In this document: positions 1 to 11,570 of the stretch, one piece after another | Numbering within the stretch: the first letter of the stretch is position 1 | How the letters are laid out: each line of letters begins with the position of its first letter | From: the human T2T-CHM13v2.0 reference genome, Homo sapiens | NCBI GenBank assembly: GCA_009914755.4 | Contig: CP068257.2 | Coordinates: 26,880,001-26,944,000 of the forward strand | DNA: 64,000 bases | Direction of reading: 5' to 3' | Made by a program: the position numbers and the translations under genes | The notes under the pieces: generated by a model | The model's input: only the letters and a program-made list of their open reading frames with translations | Databases searched by the model: none | What the model was told of the DNA's origin: nothing

Positions 1-1864
1 GCAGGGACTCAGGCCCTGTTACTGCTAGCAGTCAGCAGCAGGGAGCATTTGGCCTGGTCAACCACTGCACACACCTGGGGCAGTCTTGGGCACCTTGCAG
101 CCTCAAGGGGGCAGCCTAGCTAAGACTCTGGCCCAGATTGTCACTGACAATGGCGGCAGTATCAAAAGCAGTAGTAGTGAGAGTAACAGCTGCAGCCCTA
201 CAGGAAAAGAGAATCTCCCAAGGGGAAAGGACCCTCAGAATGAGAGACCAGCTGGCCTGGCTATCCTGCAACCAATTTCTGCAGTATCTGTGCAAATACC
301 CACTCCCTGGCCTACGAGCAGGGACAGGAACTTCCAGTGCTCAGGCAGTATATTTTATCAGTAAGCGATTACACTTTAAAAGCAGGCACATGGACACTGC
401 AATAAAATAAATTAGGGAGCTATTAGGATTTTTCAGAGTTTCGGATCTCTGGTTTAAAATCTGCTAGAATATTGCAAAGTAAATATCCATAGGCTTAGAA
501 GAAGAAACTAAAAATTGTTGCAATTGATGGAAAAGAGCATTCTTTTCATGTGATACTTCAGATAAATTATTAGTGAGAATGAAAATTTTAAATCTAATTT
601 AACTTGTAACTGAAGATAAAGTGATAGAATGTATAAACAAATATATCCAATTCTAAACAAATCATGAACCACTTTCAGTTTCTTGTATGACCTCCCTAAA
701 ATACAGAAATGTCAGAGGAAACATTAAATGCCACTATATAAATGTGCATTTAATTCATATTTCTACAAAACTGATTTGTATGAAAAGTTAAATCTTTTTG
801 AAAAAACCGTTCCCCGAGATTCTTTAGCTCTAGATGTACTAAAATTTATATTTTGAAATAATTTATCAGAAAATAAATTCATTAAAAGTATAAATTGTGT
901 TGTACCAATAAATAAATTCCCAGATAAGCAAGCCAGAAAAATTATGCAATGAATCATTATATCCCACCAATAAAGTTTTATAACATATTCTGTTGTCACC
1001 AAAAATATTACTGTTTGCATTTATAAGTTTATGTTTACTCATTTATTACTATTGCCCTTATTGCATGTTATAAATAAAATATTTTTACATGAAAAGGCTT
1101 TATATTAAGGTTTTGGTCCAGTTTTGCTAAAATATAAATTCCAAAACCCTATGCTGAATTAAGTGTGAATCCACTGTTATGCCAACCATTCGAATCAGAA
1201 TCACCTGGAATTCTTATTAAATATACAAATCCCTTGGCCTCACCCCAGACCTATTCTGTCAGAGCCCCTTGGGAAGGCAGGGCTGCAGGGAGACATGAGC
1301 ATTTGCCTTTATAATGAGCTCCCAAAGTTCCTTTAACCACACTTCCTTTATTTGCTTTTTGAAGAAAGGGCACTGCGTGTTAATTTTGCATTTTCCCCCA
1401 CAAATTATGTAGCAGGCTCCACCTGAGAGGAAGTAAACTTTGAGATCATTTTATGACTGAGAAGACTGAAATCCATGAGGGTTGAATGGCTCAGCCGTGA
1501 TTTCAAAGCTAGCTATGGAGAACAAATTTCTAGACTTTGAATTTGAGAGGATAGAGCCTGGAGCTGATCAAGAACCCACTTAGAAACCTCCAAATTATTA
1601 GAAGATATGGATCTGCTCCTTAGAGCTAACTTTCCTGGGTAATCAAGACCACAGGGAAACAGAGACGCAGCTGAGGGTGCACAGTAAGCAGCCAGAGCAT
1701 AGAAAACAAAGAAGGGGATGCTCTGCCAGCCTGCCATCCAATAGGGAAATGAGTCATTGGACTTAGCCAGATCTACTGATCCTTTTCTTTTCAGTGAACA
1801 CTTGCAAAAACAAATCTCAAGCAAGAATGGATCAAATAAACGTTTTCTTTAAACACTTTCATGG

Positions 1865-2536
1865 TAAGGGTGTGGTGAAATTGTAATCCTTGTGGATCGT
1901 TGGTGAGAATGTAACATGCTGCAGCCACCATAGAAAACAGTTCAGAGTCTCCACATAGAATTACCACATGATCCAGCAATTCCATGACTAGACATAGACC
2001 CCAAAGAATTAAAACAGAGGCTCAAACAGACCAATGTTTGTAGCAGTATTATTCACAATAGCCAGTTAGAAACCCAAGTATCTATCAACAGACGAATGAA
2101 TAAACAACACGCGGTATACACATAAAATGAAGTATTATCTAGCCACGTACAAGAATGAAATCCTGATGCATGTTACAATATAGATAACTTTGAAAGCATT
2201 ATGCTAAATGAGATGGCAGACACAATATTGTATAACTTCATTCATATGAGGTACCTAGAATGGTGAAATTCACAAAGACAGAAAGTAGAATGGAGGTTAC
2301 CACAGGCTGAAGTGGGGGGAATGGGGATTTATTGTTTAATGCGTACAGAATTTCAGTTGTGATCATGAAAAAGCTCCGGAAATAGAGACCAGTGATTATC
2401 ACACACCATGGTAAATGTACATATTGTCACTGAATTATACATTTAAACATGGTTAAAATGGTAAGTTTTATGTTATATGCATTTCACTACAGTAAAAAAT
2501 AAACTATGATAAGATATAAATAATTTTTTTAAAAAA
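1865..2536 (+). mobile_element. L1 3' end fragment (old L1M/L1P-like): ORF2 C-terminal remnant plus 3'UTR, ending in an A-run
   Basis: Translates in frame to an L1 ORF2 C-terminus-like peptide (WWECKMVQPLWKTVWRFL..IAALFTIAK..); terminates in aaaaaa at ~2531. Confidence 0.5.
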
Positions 2537-2895
2537 CTCTAGGCCCCTACAAAACATATTGTCTGGGTTCCAGATTATTTTCATTTCCTTATCAATTTAA
2601 TATCTCAGAAATTAAAATCAAAGTTCTAAAAATATCCCCAATCACTATTGACATTTGAGTGCCCAAAGGCAATGGTAAATCCAATTTATAGTAGAACTGA
2701 TTTGAAGAATATTATGAACAAATGAGAAATGTGAGAACATTTAACTGTCTCAGAATCATTGAATTTTAGAGTTAGAGAGAACTTCAGATATCTTGTTCAA
2801 TGTTTTCCAAAATGTATTTCACTGACCACTCATCCCACAATATATTCCATCATAAAAGGGTTCTATGCCAAGTCATCATAAAGAGACTACACTTT

Positions 2896-3076
2896 ATTTT
2901 TTTATTATTTATTTATTTTTTTGAAACAGGGTCTTACTCTGTTGCCCAGGCTGGAGTGCAGTGGCCCCATCATGGCTCACTGCAGCCTTGACCTCCCTGG
3001 GCTCAGGTGATTCTCCTGCCTCAGCCTCCCAAGTAGCTGGGACCACAGGCATGCGCCACCATACCCAGCTAATTTC
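2896..3076 (-). repeat. Alu SINE (AluJ/S-like) right-arm portion in reverse orientation with poly-T leader; element is split by an insertion at 3077
   Basis: ttttt..gaaacagggtcttactctgttgcccaggctggagtgcagtgg...cctcagcctcccaagtagctgggaccacaggcatgcgccaccatacccagctaattt is the reverse complement of the Alu 3' half. Confidence 0.75.
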
Positions 3077-3307
3077 TGGGCCTGGGTTGGCTTCTCTCTA
3101 GCTATTTGACTTTAGGTGAATCACCCCAACCTTCTGATTTCCAGTTTTCTCATTAGCAAAATGAATGGGTTGAATTAGATCAATGTTTCCTCCAAAAGGA
3201 CCTGTGATTAAATGAGTTTGGGGGGAAAGGAGGTAAAGATAAGCAGTGGTCTATACTGCGTTGATTCTGAAACCATTTCCACAGAGTCATCCACCACAGA
3301 TTTACCC
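3077..3307. repeat. Inverted-duplication arm 1 (inverted copy of 4261-4495), inserted inside the Alu
   Basis: Reverse complement of 4261-4495 aligns to this segment with only ~7 mismatches over ~230 bp by eye. Confidence 0.7.
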
Positions 3308-3390
3308 AGTATATTTGGAGAGAGGGGGGTTTGTCACGTTGCCCAGACTGGTCTCAAACTCCTGGGCTCAAGCTATTTGCCCTCCTGTAG
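3308..3390 (-). repeat. Continuation of the split Alu (left-arm part, reverse orientation)
   Basis: gtatatttggagagaggggggtttgtcacgttgcccagactggtctcaaactcctgggctcaagctatttgccctcc matches Alu reverse complement gtatttttagtagagacggggtttcaccgtgttagccaggatggtctcgatctcctgacctc..., resuming almost exactly where 2896-3076 stops. Confidence 0.55.
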
Positions 3391-3779
3391 ACATCAGCAA
3401 ATCAGCCCTGTGCATTTTAAATAAACCAGACCTGTTTTGCATGCCAGTGATTCTCAAATTGTAAAGAACACAGTAATCACCTGGGGGTCTTGCAGAAGTG
3501 CAGATTCTGATTAAGAAGGTCTGGGTGGAATCCAGGAATTAGCATTTTTAACAAGCTCTCAGTGCTGCTGCCGCTGTTGGTCCTGGATCATATATTCTGA
3601 GACAAGGCTAGAGAAGGCACTGCAACCTCGGACAGCACAGGGGTGAGAGTGTGCAGGTAGGTAGGGCCATACCAGTTGTGAAAATATTGACATACTTCCA
3701 TGCTGACTGATAAGTAACCACTGAAGGAGCATCCAGACTCCCCAGGATCCAGAAACAAACACCAGATTCCACTTGGGGG

Positions 3780-4135
3780 TGATATGGTTTGGCTGTGTCC
3801 CCACCCAAATCTCACCTTGAACTGTAATAATCCCCATGTGTGAAGGGTGGGGCCAGGTGGAGATAATTGAATCATGGGGGTGGTTTCCCCCATACTCTTC
3901 TCGTGGTAGTGAATAAGTCTCATGAGATCTGATGATTTTATAAGTGGGAGTTCCACTACACAAGCCCTTCTTCTTGCTACCATGTAAGACATGACTTTCC
4001 TCCTCCTTCACTTCTGCCATGATTGTGAGGCCTTCCCGGTCATGTAGAACTGTGAGAATTAAACCTCTTTCCTTTATAAATTACCCAGTCTTGGGTGTGT
4101 CTTTATCAGCAGCATGAGAACAGACTAGTAGAGGG
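3780..4135 (+). mobile_element. MaLR solo LTR (THE1/MST-like)
   Basis: tgatatggtttggctgtgtccccacccaaatctcaccttgaactgtaataatccccatgtgtgaagggtggggccaggtggagataattgaatcatggggg ... ctttataaattacccagtcttgggtgtgtctttatcagcagcatgagaacagactag: start and end motifs of the THE1 LTR consensus as I recall it. Confidence 0.65.
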
Positions 4136-4260
4136 GGTCTCAGAGCCACTTCAGAGTTGCAGCCAGCATTCATTCTGATTGGTCAATGACAGGCTGAACA
4201 GTTGTTTACTGTTTAAAGTAGGTTACCCTGGAAAAGGTCTTACCAGACAGGCAGCTCCCA

Positions 4261-4495
4261 GTAAATCTGTGGTGGATGACTCTGTGGAAATGGTTTCAGA
4301 ATCAATGCAGTATAGACCCCTGCTTATCTTTACCTCCTTTTCCCCCAGACTCATTTAATCACAGGTCCTTTTGGAGGAAACATTGATCTAATTCAACCCA
4401 TTCATTTTGCTAATGAGAAAACTGGAAATCAGAAGGTTGGGGTGATTCACCTAAAGTCATATAGCTAGAGAGAAGCCAACACAGGCCCAGAAATC
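4261..4495. repeat. Inverted-duplication arm 2 (probable original copy)
   Basis: Reverse complement matches 3077-3307 at ~97% identity. Confidence 0.7.
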
Positions 4496-7400
4496 CGTTC
4501 TTCTCACTCTCACAGTCATGCCCAATTGAGTTTTCCTAATATATAAGATGGTTTAGTTCAGCAATTGTAGAAGAGGGATAACCTATAAAGCTTATATTGC
4601 AAACCAGGTAAACTATCTGAATTAGCATTACTTTAAAGAAGAATCTCTATTTCTTTAACTCCAAACCCTCAGCTACGAAATATATTTTTATCAGGGTTAT
4701 AGAGGTATTATGTGAAAATTCTACTGTATCTAAAATCTTCAGGTCATGCTGTCCAAAACCCCTCACCAGAGATGCAGAATTGAGCTAAAGTGACTTGCTT
4801 AATGTCACCAGCACAATGGCTATTTAGTGACAAATCCAAGACCAGTACCCAGATCTCTTTACTCTCATTGTGGAGCTTGTTTCTGCAAACCGCAACTGGA
4901 TTCACTTTAGTTTTCTAAAGGAAGTATCTGAATGAATGACTGTTTAGCACAGCCCAAGCTGCTGTGTAACTAGGTCACTGAATACAAGTTTACTTTTCTT
5001 AAGAACAAGGTGTGAACAACCACCATCTGAGCATGAATGAGACCTGCAATGGTGTACTATAGGCTTGAGGAAACTGCCCTCTGCTGGGATGCAGTGATGC
5101 TGCCTTTCACCATACCTTTAAAAGAAGGACTGAACTATTAAATATTCCCCGAGGTTCAATGAGGAATAAAGGAGGCACGCAGAGATATTGGTACACGGAA
5201 GCAAAACGTTTTGCCATATGCCTTCTTAGAAAATTATTTTCCAGCTGCAGTCAAATTCCCTTTAACAACTGCATCTGCATTTGTAACCCCTACGCAGCAT
5301 CCCGGCTGCTCCACGATGGCCTTGGGGGATATCTGTTACAGGGCTGGATGCCCTCTTATGAGAAATCTGGGAGTTGTATGCCCTGATTCTCACCCACCTC
5401 AAACCAAGAGGACACAGTGGTTACCGTTGTGTGTTACCAGATAAGGTTACAGAAGGGATCAGAGAGGTGTCTGTGATTCAGTTCAAGGCCAAGGTAATTG
5501 CTACAACTTCAGCACTGAAGCGTTTTACAAAGGAAATAGCACCATCAGGTTGCAACACTGGTTTTCCTGTTCAATCTTAAAAAGGAACTGCCCTCAATAA
5601 ATCATCTTCCTAATGGAAATGACAGAATTATTCTCCCAGGAGGACAATACAAACCACACATCCCTCTTAATAGGAAGGAAACACAGAGCCACAGCTGCCT
5701 GGGAGGATCCAAGGCTTCCAAGGGATTTGTTTCCCCTTTGTCCCTCTGAGGTCACTTTTTACAAATTTTCTAAGTCATTGTTTACATGTAAACATAGACC
5801 CCCATCTCCTCAAATATGTTGTCTGTTTCATTTTTTTCTAAAAACTATGTCTATGGTTAATGTAAGGGAAAAAAATCATCATATATCTAAAGCAAAAAGT
5901 AAAGTTGTAAATCAGAGTAAGGTATGTTTTTGTTAATAATGCCAATAAAATTAAATGCAAAAAAACAGAGTGGTAGCTTTTGGAGAAGACTGTGTGATTA
6001 TCTCTCCTTCTGCGTTTGTCTTATTTTTAAATATTGTATATTTTTATAATTGGATTATAAAATTCTTGTTATTTAAAATCATTTATTCGATCATGTATAA
6101 TCTACCACAAGGGTTTGATGCATACCAATATCACTAGCAACTTTTAAAAGTGGAGCAGAAATATATAGATCATATAATGGGATTTTAAAACCAGAACTAA
6201 TAATTCACTTTCACGTTCTCTATCAATTGCATTACGTTTATTAAGAATTAGTAATAAACTTTGCATATGGCATTTGGCAAAGAAACTTCAATTCATTTCT
6301 TTAAAAATGAATTTGTTAGAACTCCAGGTTTCTTTTCCAATCAAAACTTTAGGAAATGCCACTCCCAAACCAACTGAACAGCCAGGCTTTTGGTTTCTGA
6401 GAAATTCTTGCCCAGGTCACCAGAGAATGAAAGGTCAACTTTGAGGAAGTTTCTGGAACAAGGAAGAATATCAGTGAAATTGGCTGGAATTTTTTGAGCG
6501 GTGAAAAAAAAAATCCCTTGACTATTAAGTAAGCTATATGTGAGTAAGGTCACAGTTTTATCAAATTCATCCTGGGCATTTGGTCAGATCCTTTGAAACT
6601 TTTTCCCATGGTTAACATTCTATTTTGTTGCATTTTTGGCATGATGACTAAGAGATTTGGGGCACTGGCCCAAAAATCATAATTTTTTTTTGTTGTTGTT
6701 GTTATAACAAATTAATAAATTAGAGGAAATAGGTGTTCTTTTTTTTTTTTTGGAAATTCACAATGAATAGCCTACTTTGGGGAGAAAAACATCACAATTT
6801 GTTACATGTTCTTTTTGCATTCTTAATTTTTATTTTTTCTGCCATGATAAATCTTATGGAGCTCTTAAACAGAAGCGTTTTCCAAATACGGTTCTTAAGA
6901 CCCTACAGTTTTCTCCCGCTTCCATCTAAAGATCTGCATGAAGCCAAAGTTTCTTTATATGTTTCATCCAAAATAACATGTTGTAATAGACTGAATGCAG
7001 AAGCAGATAAAAGAAATTGTCTTCTATTAAGCCAGACATAAAAGATTTTCAAAAATGTGAAACAATGACGTTTTCTCACTTTCCTTGTTTCAAAAAATAG
7101 TTACTTTTCACAGAAATATGTCATTTATGGAAATAAATTTAGTATTTTTCATTAATTGCTTTTGTCCATTACTATTATTTGTAATGTATTAGTAAATACA
7201 TATTTTTTATTTTCTCAGTATTAATTTCAAATACAGTAAATAGCAACAGAAAGAACCAACCGAAATAGAAACTCTTTGGGATCCTCAAATTTCTAACAAT
7301 GTAAGAAGGTCCTAAGATCAAAAAGTATGAGAATTTCTAAGATAGAGAAGCCCCTTCCTTTTTAAGTTTCATGTACACGTTTCTGGCGGGAATAGAGCCT

Positions 7401-8189
7401 GTACTATATCTCTGCACAACTCTCAGAGATACTTCTTTGAACCTTTGAGATTTTAAATAGACTATTAGGGTTGACCACCCTGCTCTCAAACAATGTGTAA
7501 GGGTATTTACAATCTGTAACCCTGCTATAAGTCATAAATAAAATGGAGCTAGTGAAGAGAACTTTTTATCTGGGGTCATCAATAGGTGCTGAATTTAAGA
7601 AGACAGCAGCATTGTCCTCAGGCATAAAAGGCAAATAAAAACAAACGCACACATCCCATCATGCAGGAGTTTAAACACCACGTATAAGTATATTTCCATA
7701 TCTTAATTGATGAATTTATGATCTATTCTGTACAGATATTCTGATTTATACTAAATATAAGCCAGTTTAGCCCCCCCGAAGCAGCTCAATACATGCCTAA
7801 TTTTGTATCACACGCTGTAGAACCAAACTCCTTCTTTCTATTAAACTACTACTACAGGCGTCATTTATGTTGTTATCCTTGCCTAAAAAAATGCCCCCTA
7901 TTCTTTCCTTTACTTTCAAAGCTCAAGCTAAGTTGTACCTTCCTCTACCAAGATTTCCTTGATAAAATTCAATGAAATAAACTGTTTGCAAACATGGCCC
8001 TAATTCTCTACATCTCCCTGTATCCATACCCTTTCCAGGTGGCTTTAAAATTTCTCTCATCGAAAAGTAGAGTCTGTTTTCCTATTCTTTGAAACTTAGC
8101 CTACCTTGTGATTCACTTTGTCCAGTAAAATGTAATGCAAGTAACAGCATACTAGTTTTAAGCAAAGACCTCTCTCTCTTGCTCCTTTG

Positions 8190-8470
8190 TCTTCCTCACA
8201 AGAACGAGATCACAAGAGCAGTTGGAAGATGACAGACCACATGGAGCAGAGCCTTATCATCCAGGTTGAGGCCATTCTAGAACAGCAAACTCCAGCTGGC
8301 CTACCATTTGACTGAAGATGTGTGAATCAGCCAAACCAAGAGCATATATTTCTGGCCTAGGTGAAAATAACCAACTAGCCAAACTATAAACTTGTGAGAA
8401 ATAATAAATAATTTTTGTTTTAAACCACTAAGTTTTTGAATGGTTTGCTATGCAGCATTATTTTAGCAAT
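8190..8470 (+). repeat. MaLR-type LTR 3' fragment (MLT/MST-like)
   Basis: Ends with ...cttgtgagaaataataaataatttttgttttaaaccactaagtttttgaatggtttgctatgcagca, resembling the ...gtgagaaataaatttctgttgtttaagccacccagtctatggtattttgttatagcagc terminus typical of MaLR LTRs. Confidence 0.35.
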
Positions 8471-10079
8471 AGATAACTGATTTGCTAATCCTCTAATTTC
8501 CCCAGAGAATGAACCATATATCTGCAATGAGTCCTAGACATTTTTCCTTCATTATATACTGTCTTAGGCTGTGAATTGGTGTTTCTGAACTACTTGAGAG
8601 ACTATAGTACACCTTAGCTTTCCTGTTTTTGGCTCAATAGATATCTAATTGGTACATGGAGCAATTGGGAAACTTAAATTTCTAGACATAGAAGGATTCT
8701 TCAAAATTACTAATTTCTTACCTGACATACATTTTCCCCTGAAATTACAATTTTAAGGAAATTTGTCTTTTAAGGAACGAATTTATCTTTCTTTTGCTTA
8801 TTTTTCCTCCAAGACTCAATCTCCATGAGTTCCAAGACTCAATGAGTATGCAGAATTTATAACCACACAACTACAGCTTGATCTGCCAGAAGAAAACATT
8901 TTCAATTTAATCGCTTTCTCATTTCTATCACTGAAATTCTAGAGCTCTGTAATCTACTGTCTCCATCATTTTTGTTATTAATATTATTTTGGAAACTGTT
9001 CAAAAAGAAAGCGAGTCACTTTGCCTGAAAGGCAATTGGCTCCTGCTCCAGGGTGGCCTCAAGATGCTACCTCTCAAGAACACTCTGTTCATTCCCTGAA
9101 AACTTGTGCCACGAGCAGCCAATGACAAAGATGCAAAGCTTGTCCTCCAGAACCTCACATTTCTTTTTCTGTCTGCCTTTACGCCTTTCTGGTCACTTAT
9201 CTCCCCAACATCCTAAAAAATTCAATGCCTTAAGCCTTTTTCTGAATAACAGAAGTCCCACAATGTGAAAACTATTCTCCCTTCAAAATGCTCCATGACC
9301 GAAAGGTGATTTGCCTTCTTCCCTGAGTCCTTACCAAAGTCATGATCCTTACCAAAGTGTCATTTATCTCACCTCGGTGTCTGGTAGAAGAATTTTATTA
9401 GAATTATTCATGTGAATAAGTGGTAGCTTAATAAACTAACTAGAACAATCATTTGCATAAAGAGGATGATTGTTAATAAAATTATAGCAGTGGTAATAAA
9501 CTATTTGTGGAAGGATCTGCTACCTGTTCACCAAATATCATTGTCTACTCTTCTTCCTGGGCACATTATTTCTCACCCAGGGTTACTCAGAAATTGCACG
9601 TTGAAGAATTTCCATTTACCAGGTTTCCTGAATTACTGCATGAGGAGGGACTGCTTTTCTAACCTGTTAACTGTTACGTGAACAACAGAGAAACTTTAGT
9701 TTTGTTTAAATTATAAAAATATTGGGGTTTATGGAAGCTAGAGTTACCCTGAATAATTCACTATACTTTATTCATAATGTGATTTATCCTTTTAAAGAAA
9801 CTTTTTATTCATTTATTCACAAGCAAATTTCACCAAAATTTTTCTATAAAAGGCCAGCTAGTAAATATTTTAGATATTGTAAGTCATATAGTCTCCGTTG
9901 TCACCACTCCACTCTGTCATTGTAATATGAAGCAAGCCATAGATGACACATAAAACAATGGTCATGGCTATGTTTCAATAAAACTTTATTTACCAAAAGA
10001 AGAGGGAGGTAGGCTGGATTTGGCCCATAGGTATATTTTGCTAACTCCTTTGATAGATGATAGGTAAGTAAAACTAGAA

Positions 10080-10570
10080 CCATACCTTTATGATATTGGC
10101 TGGGGTCACTCCCACAACTGCATTCAACAGAGTATTTGATGGTGTCTGAAATTTTAAGATAGTTTCATTCTTACATCTGGTGCTTTATCCACTGTAACTG
10201 AAACATCTGGGGGCTCTCTGAGCTCAAACTTCTTCACATGGTGCTGGATCCCAAGAGTCAACCATGGGAGCTGCCAACCTGAAAACCTTAAAATATGTAG
10301 AAAATTTAAGTAGGGCAACACCTGTTTGGCCCCAGTGAAGAATGTATTGGAATGGAAGCTGAGAGTTTATGCTGTATCTCATCCAATGAAGAAGGACCTG
10401 AGGTCACCTGCAAGAAGGGTAAAAACATAAAGTCCCACATGGCACAAAAGACTTCCCCAGACACTATGCTCAGAGACTTGACCAAACTTTAGCTTGACTT
10501 CCTCCTGTCATGGGTGGAAGCCATGTCCCTAACAGTGACCCCAGCCTTGTACCGAATCTTCACCCAAGAA
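10080..10570 (+). repeat. MLT1-like (ERVL-MaLR) LTR fragment, copy 1
   Basis: Shares cttcacatggtgctggatcccaagagtcaacc motif and general layout with the copy at 11100-11570. Confidence 0.35.
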
Positions 10571-11099
10571 CGTACAGCACTTCCAAATCATAAAAAATAC
10601 ATTGTTTCAACCCATCTTGCCAAACCATTCGCAGTAATTCTCCACCTACCCCTTTCTGTAGTTTTTCCACTTCCACATGGCTCCCTAGTCCATTTTTCCT
10701 TTTTTATTTCCCCGTAAGTCCTTTTTTGTGTCCTATCTGTTCTCCCCTTAAAAACCTCAGTTATCTTTGTCTTAGTTGGAGTTGAGCTCAGGGGCTCAGT
10801 CTATACTGGAGACTCTTTACTTACTGCAGTAAGTCTAATTAAATAGTCTTGCCACCTTTAACAAGAGCCCAGCACTGTTTTTCTCTAACAAGTGTAGACA
10901 GAAATAATTAGAAGAAACTGGAGAAGGGCTCCATTATTTTCAACAAATACATCAGCCATACTTTATTTCCCCTCCTGTAAGGGAGGTATCTGAAAGTAGA
11001 ATAATGTTTAGATTTGGTAATTGTATTAGTTACCTATTGCTACATAAAAGAAATCCCAAAACTTAGTGGCTTAAAATAGCAATGACTTTTTTAACGATT

Positions 11100-11570
11100 C
11101 TATAGATTGGCTGGGCTCATCTACATGATTTGTTTTCTCTTCCTGATATTCGCTACATGATATTGACTCCTAAAGCTGCATTCAACAGGATGCTTGATCA
11201 GGGCTGAGCTACTAAGATGGATTTATCTTCATATCTAGTGACTCATTCGGTGTGGCTAAAAGATCTGCGAGTCAATGGAACTCAAGCTTCTTTACATGGT
11301 GCTGGGTCCCAAGAGTTCAACAATGGAAGCTTCAAGGGTTCTTAAAATCTACCTCTGGAATCACATGTTTTTACTTTCTGTATATTCTACTAGTCAAATG
11401 AAGACACAGGGTCAGCCCAGATTCAGCAGGAAGGGAAGTAGACTCTTCCTCTTGAGAATGAAGTGGCATAGAGCTGCAGACATGGGAAGAATTGGCAGCC
11501 ATGTTTGCAGATCCTACTACAACAGTTCACATCCTGTTCACAAGTGTTATTGAATGGTCGTAGGAGAATT
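11100..11570 (+). repeat. MLT1-like (ERVL-MaLR) LTR fragment, copy 2
   Basis: ctttacatggtgctgggtcccaagagttcaac plus cagggtcagcccagattcagcaggaagggaagtagactcttcctcttgagaatgaagtgg, similar to the MLT1 motif gccagcccagattcaaggggaggggaactagactccacctcttgatgggagg. Confidence 0.4.

Noticed and set aside
1-420. GC-richer first ~360 bp with two ~90-aa ORFs and an AATAAA at ~400; considered a CpG island/promoter or the 3' end of a gene
   Set aside because: Only about three CpG dinucleotides in the segment, so it is not a CpG island. The ORFs are short and serine/low-complexity-rich. AATAAA alone is uninformative in AT-rich DNA.

It may be a fragment of an LTR or another repeat, but I cannot support a specific call.
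3559-4020. 153-aa and 134-aa minus-strand ORFs
   Set aside because: They span the THE1-like LTR and adjacent spacer of the inverted duplication. LTR-derived, with no gene-like features.
3077-4495. Interpreting the inverted arms as terminal inverted repeats of a DNA transposon (MER/hAT-type) that inserted into the Alu
   Set aside because: The Alu sequence resumes directly after arm 1 (at 3308), not after arm 2, so only arm 1 is an insertion.

The arms are ~97% identical, far too similar for TIRs of a DNA transposon last active over 35 My ago, absent gene conversion. Inverted segmental duplication fits better.
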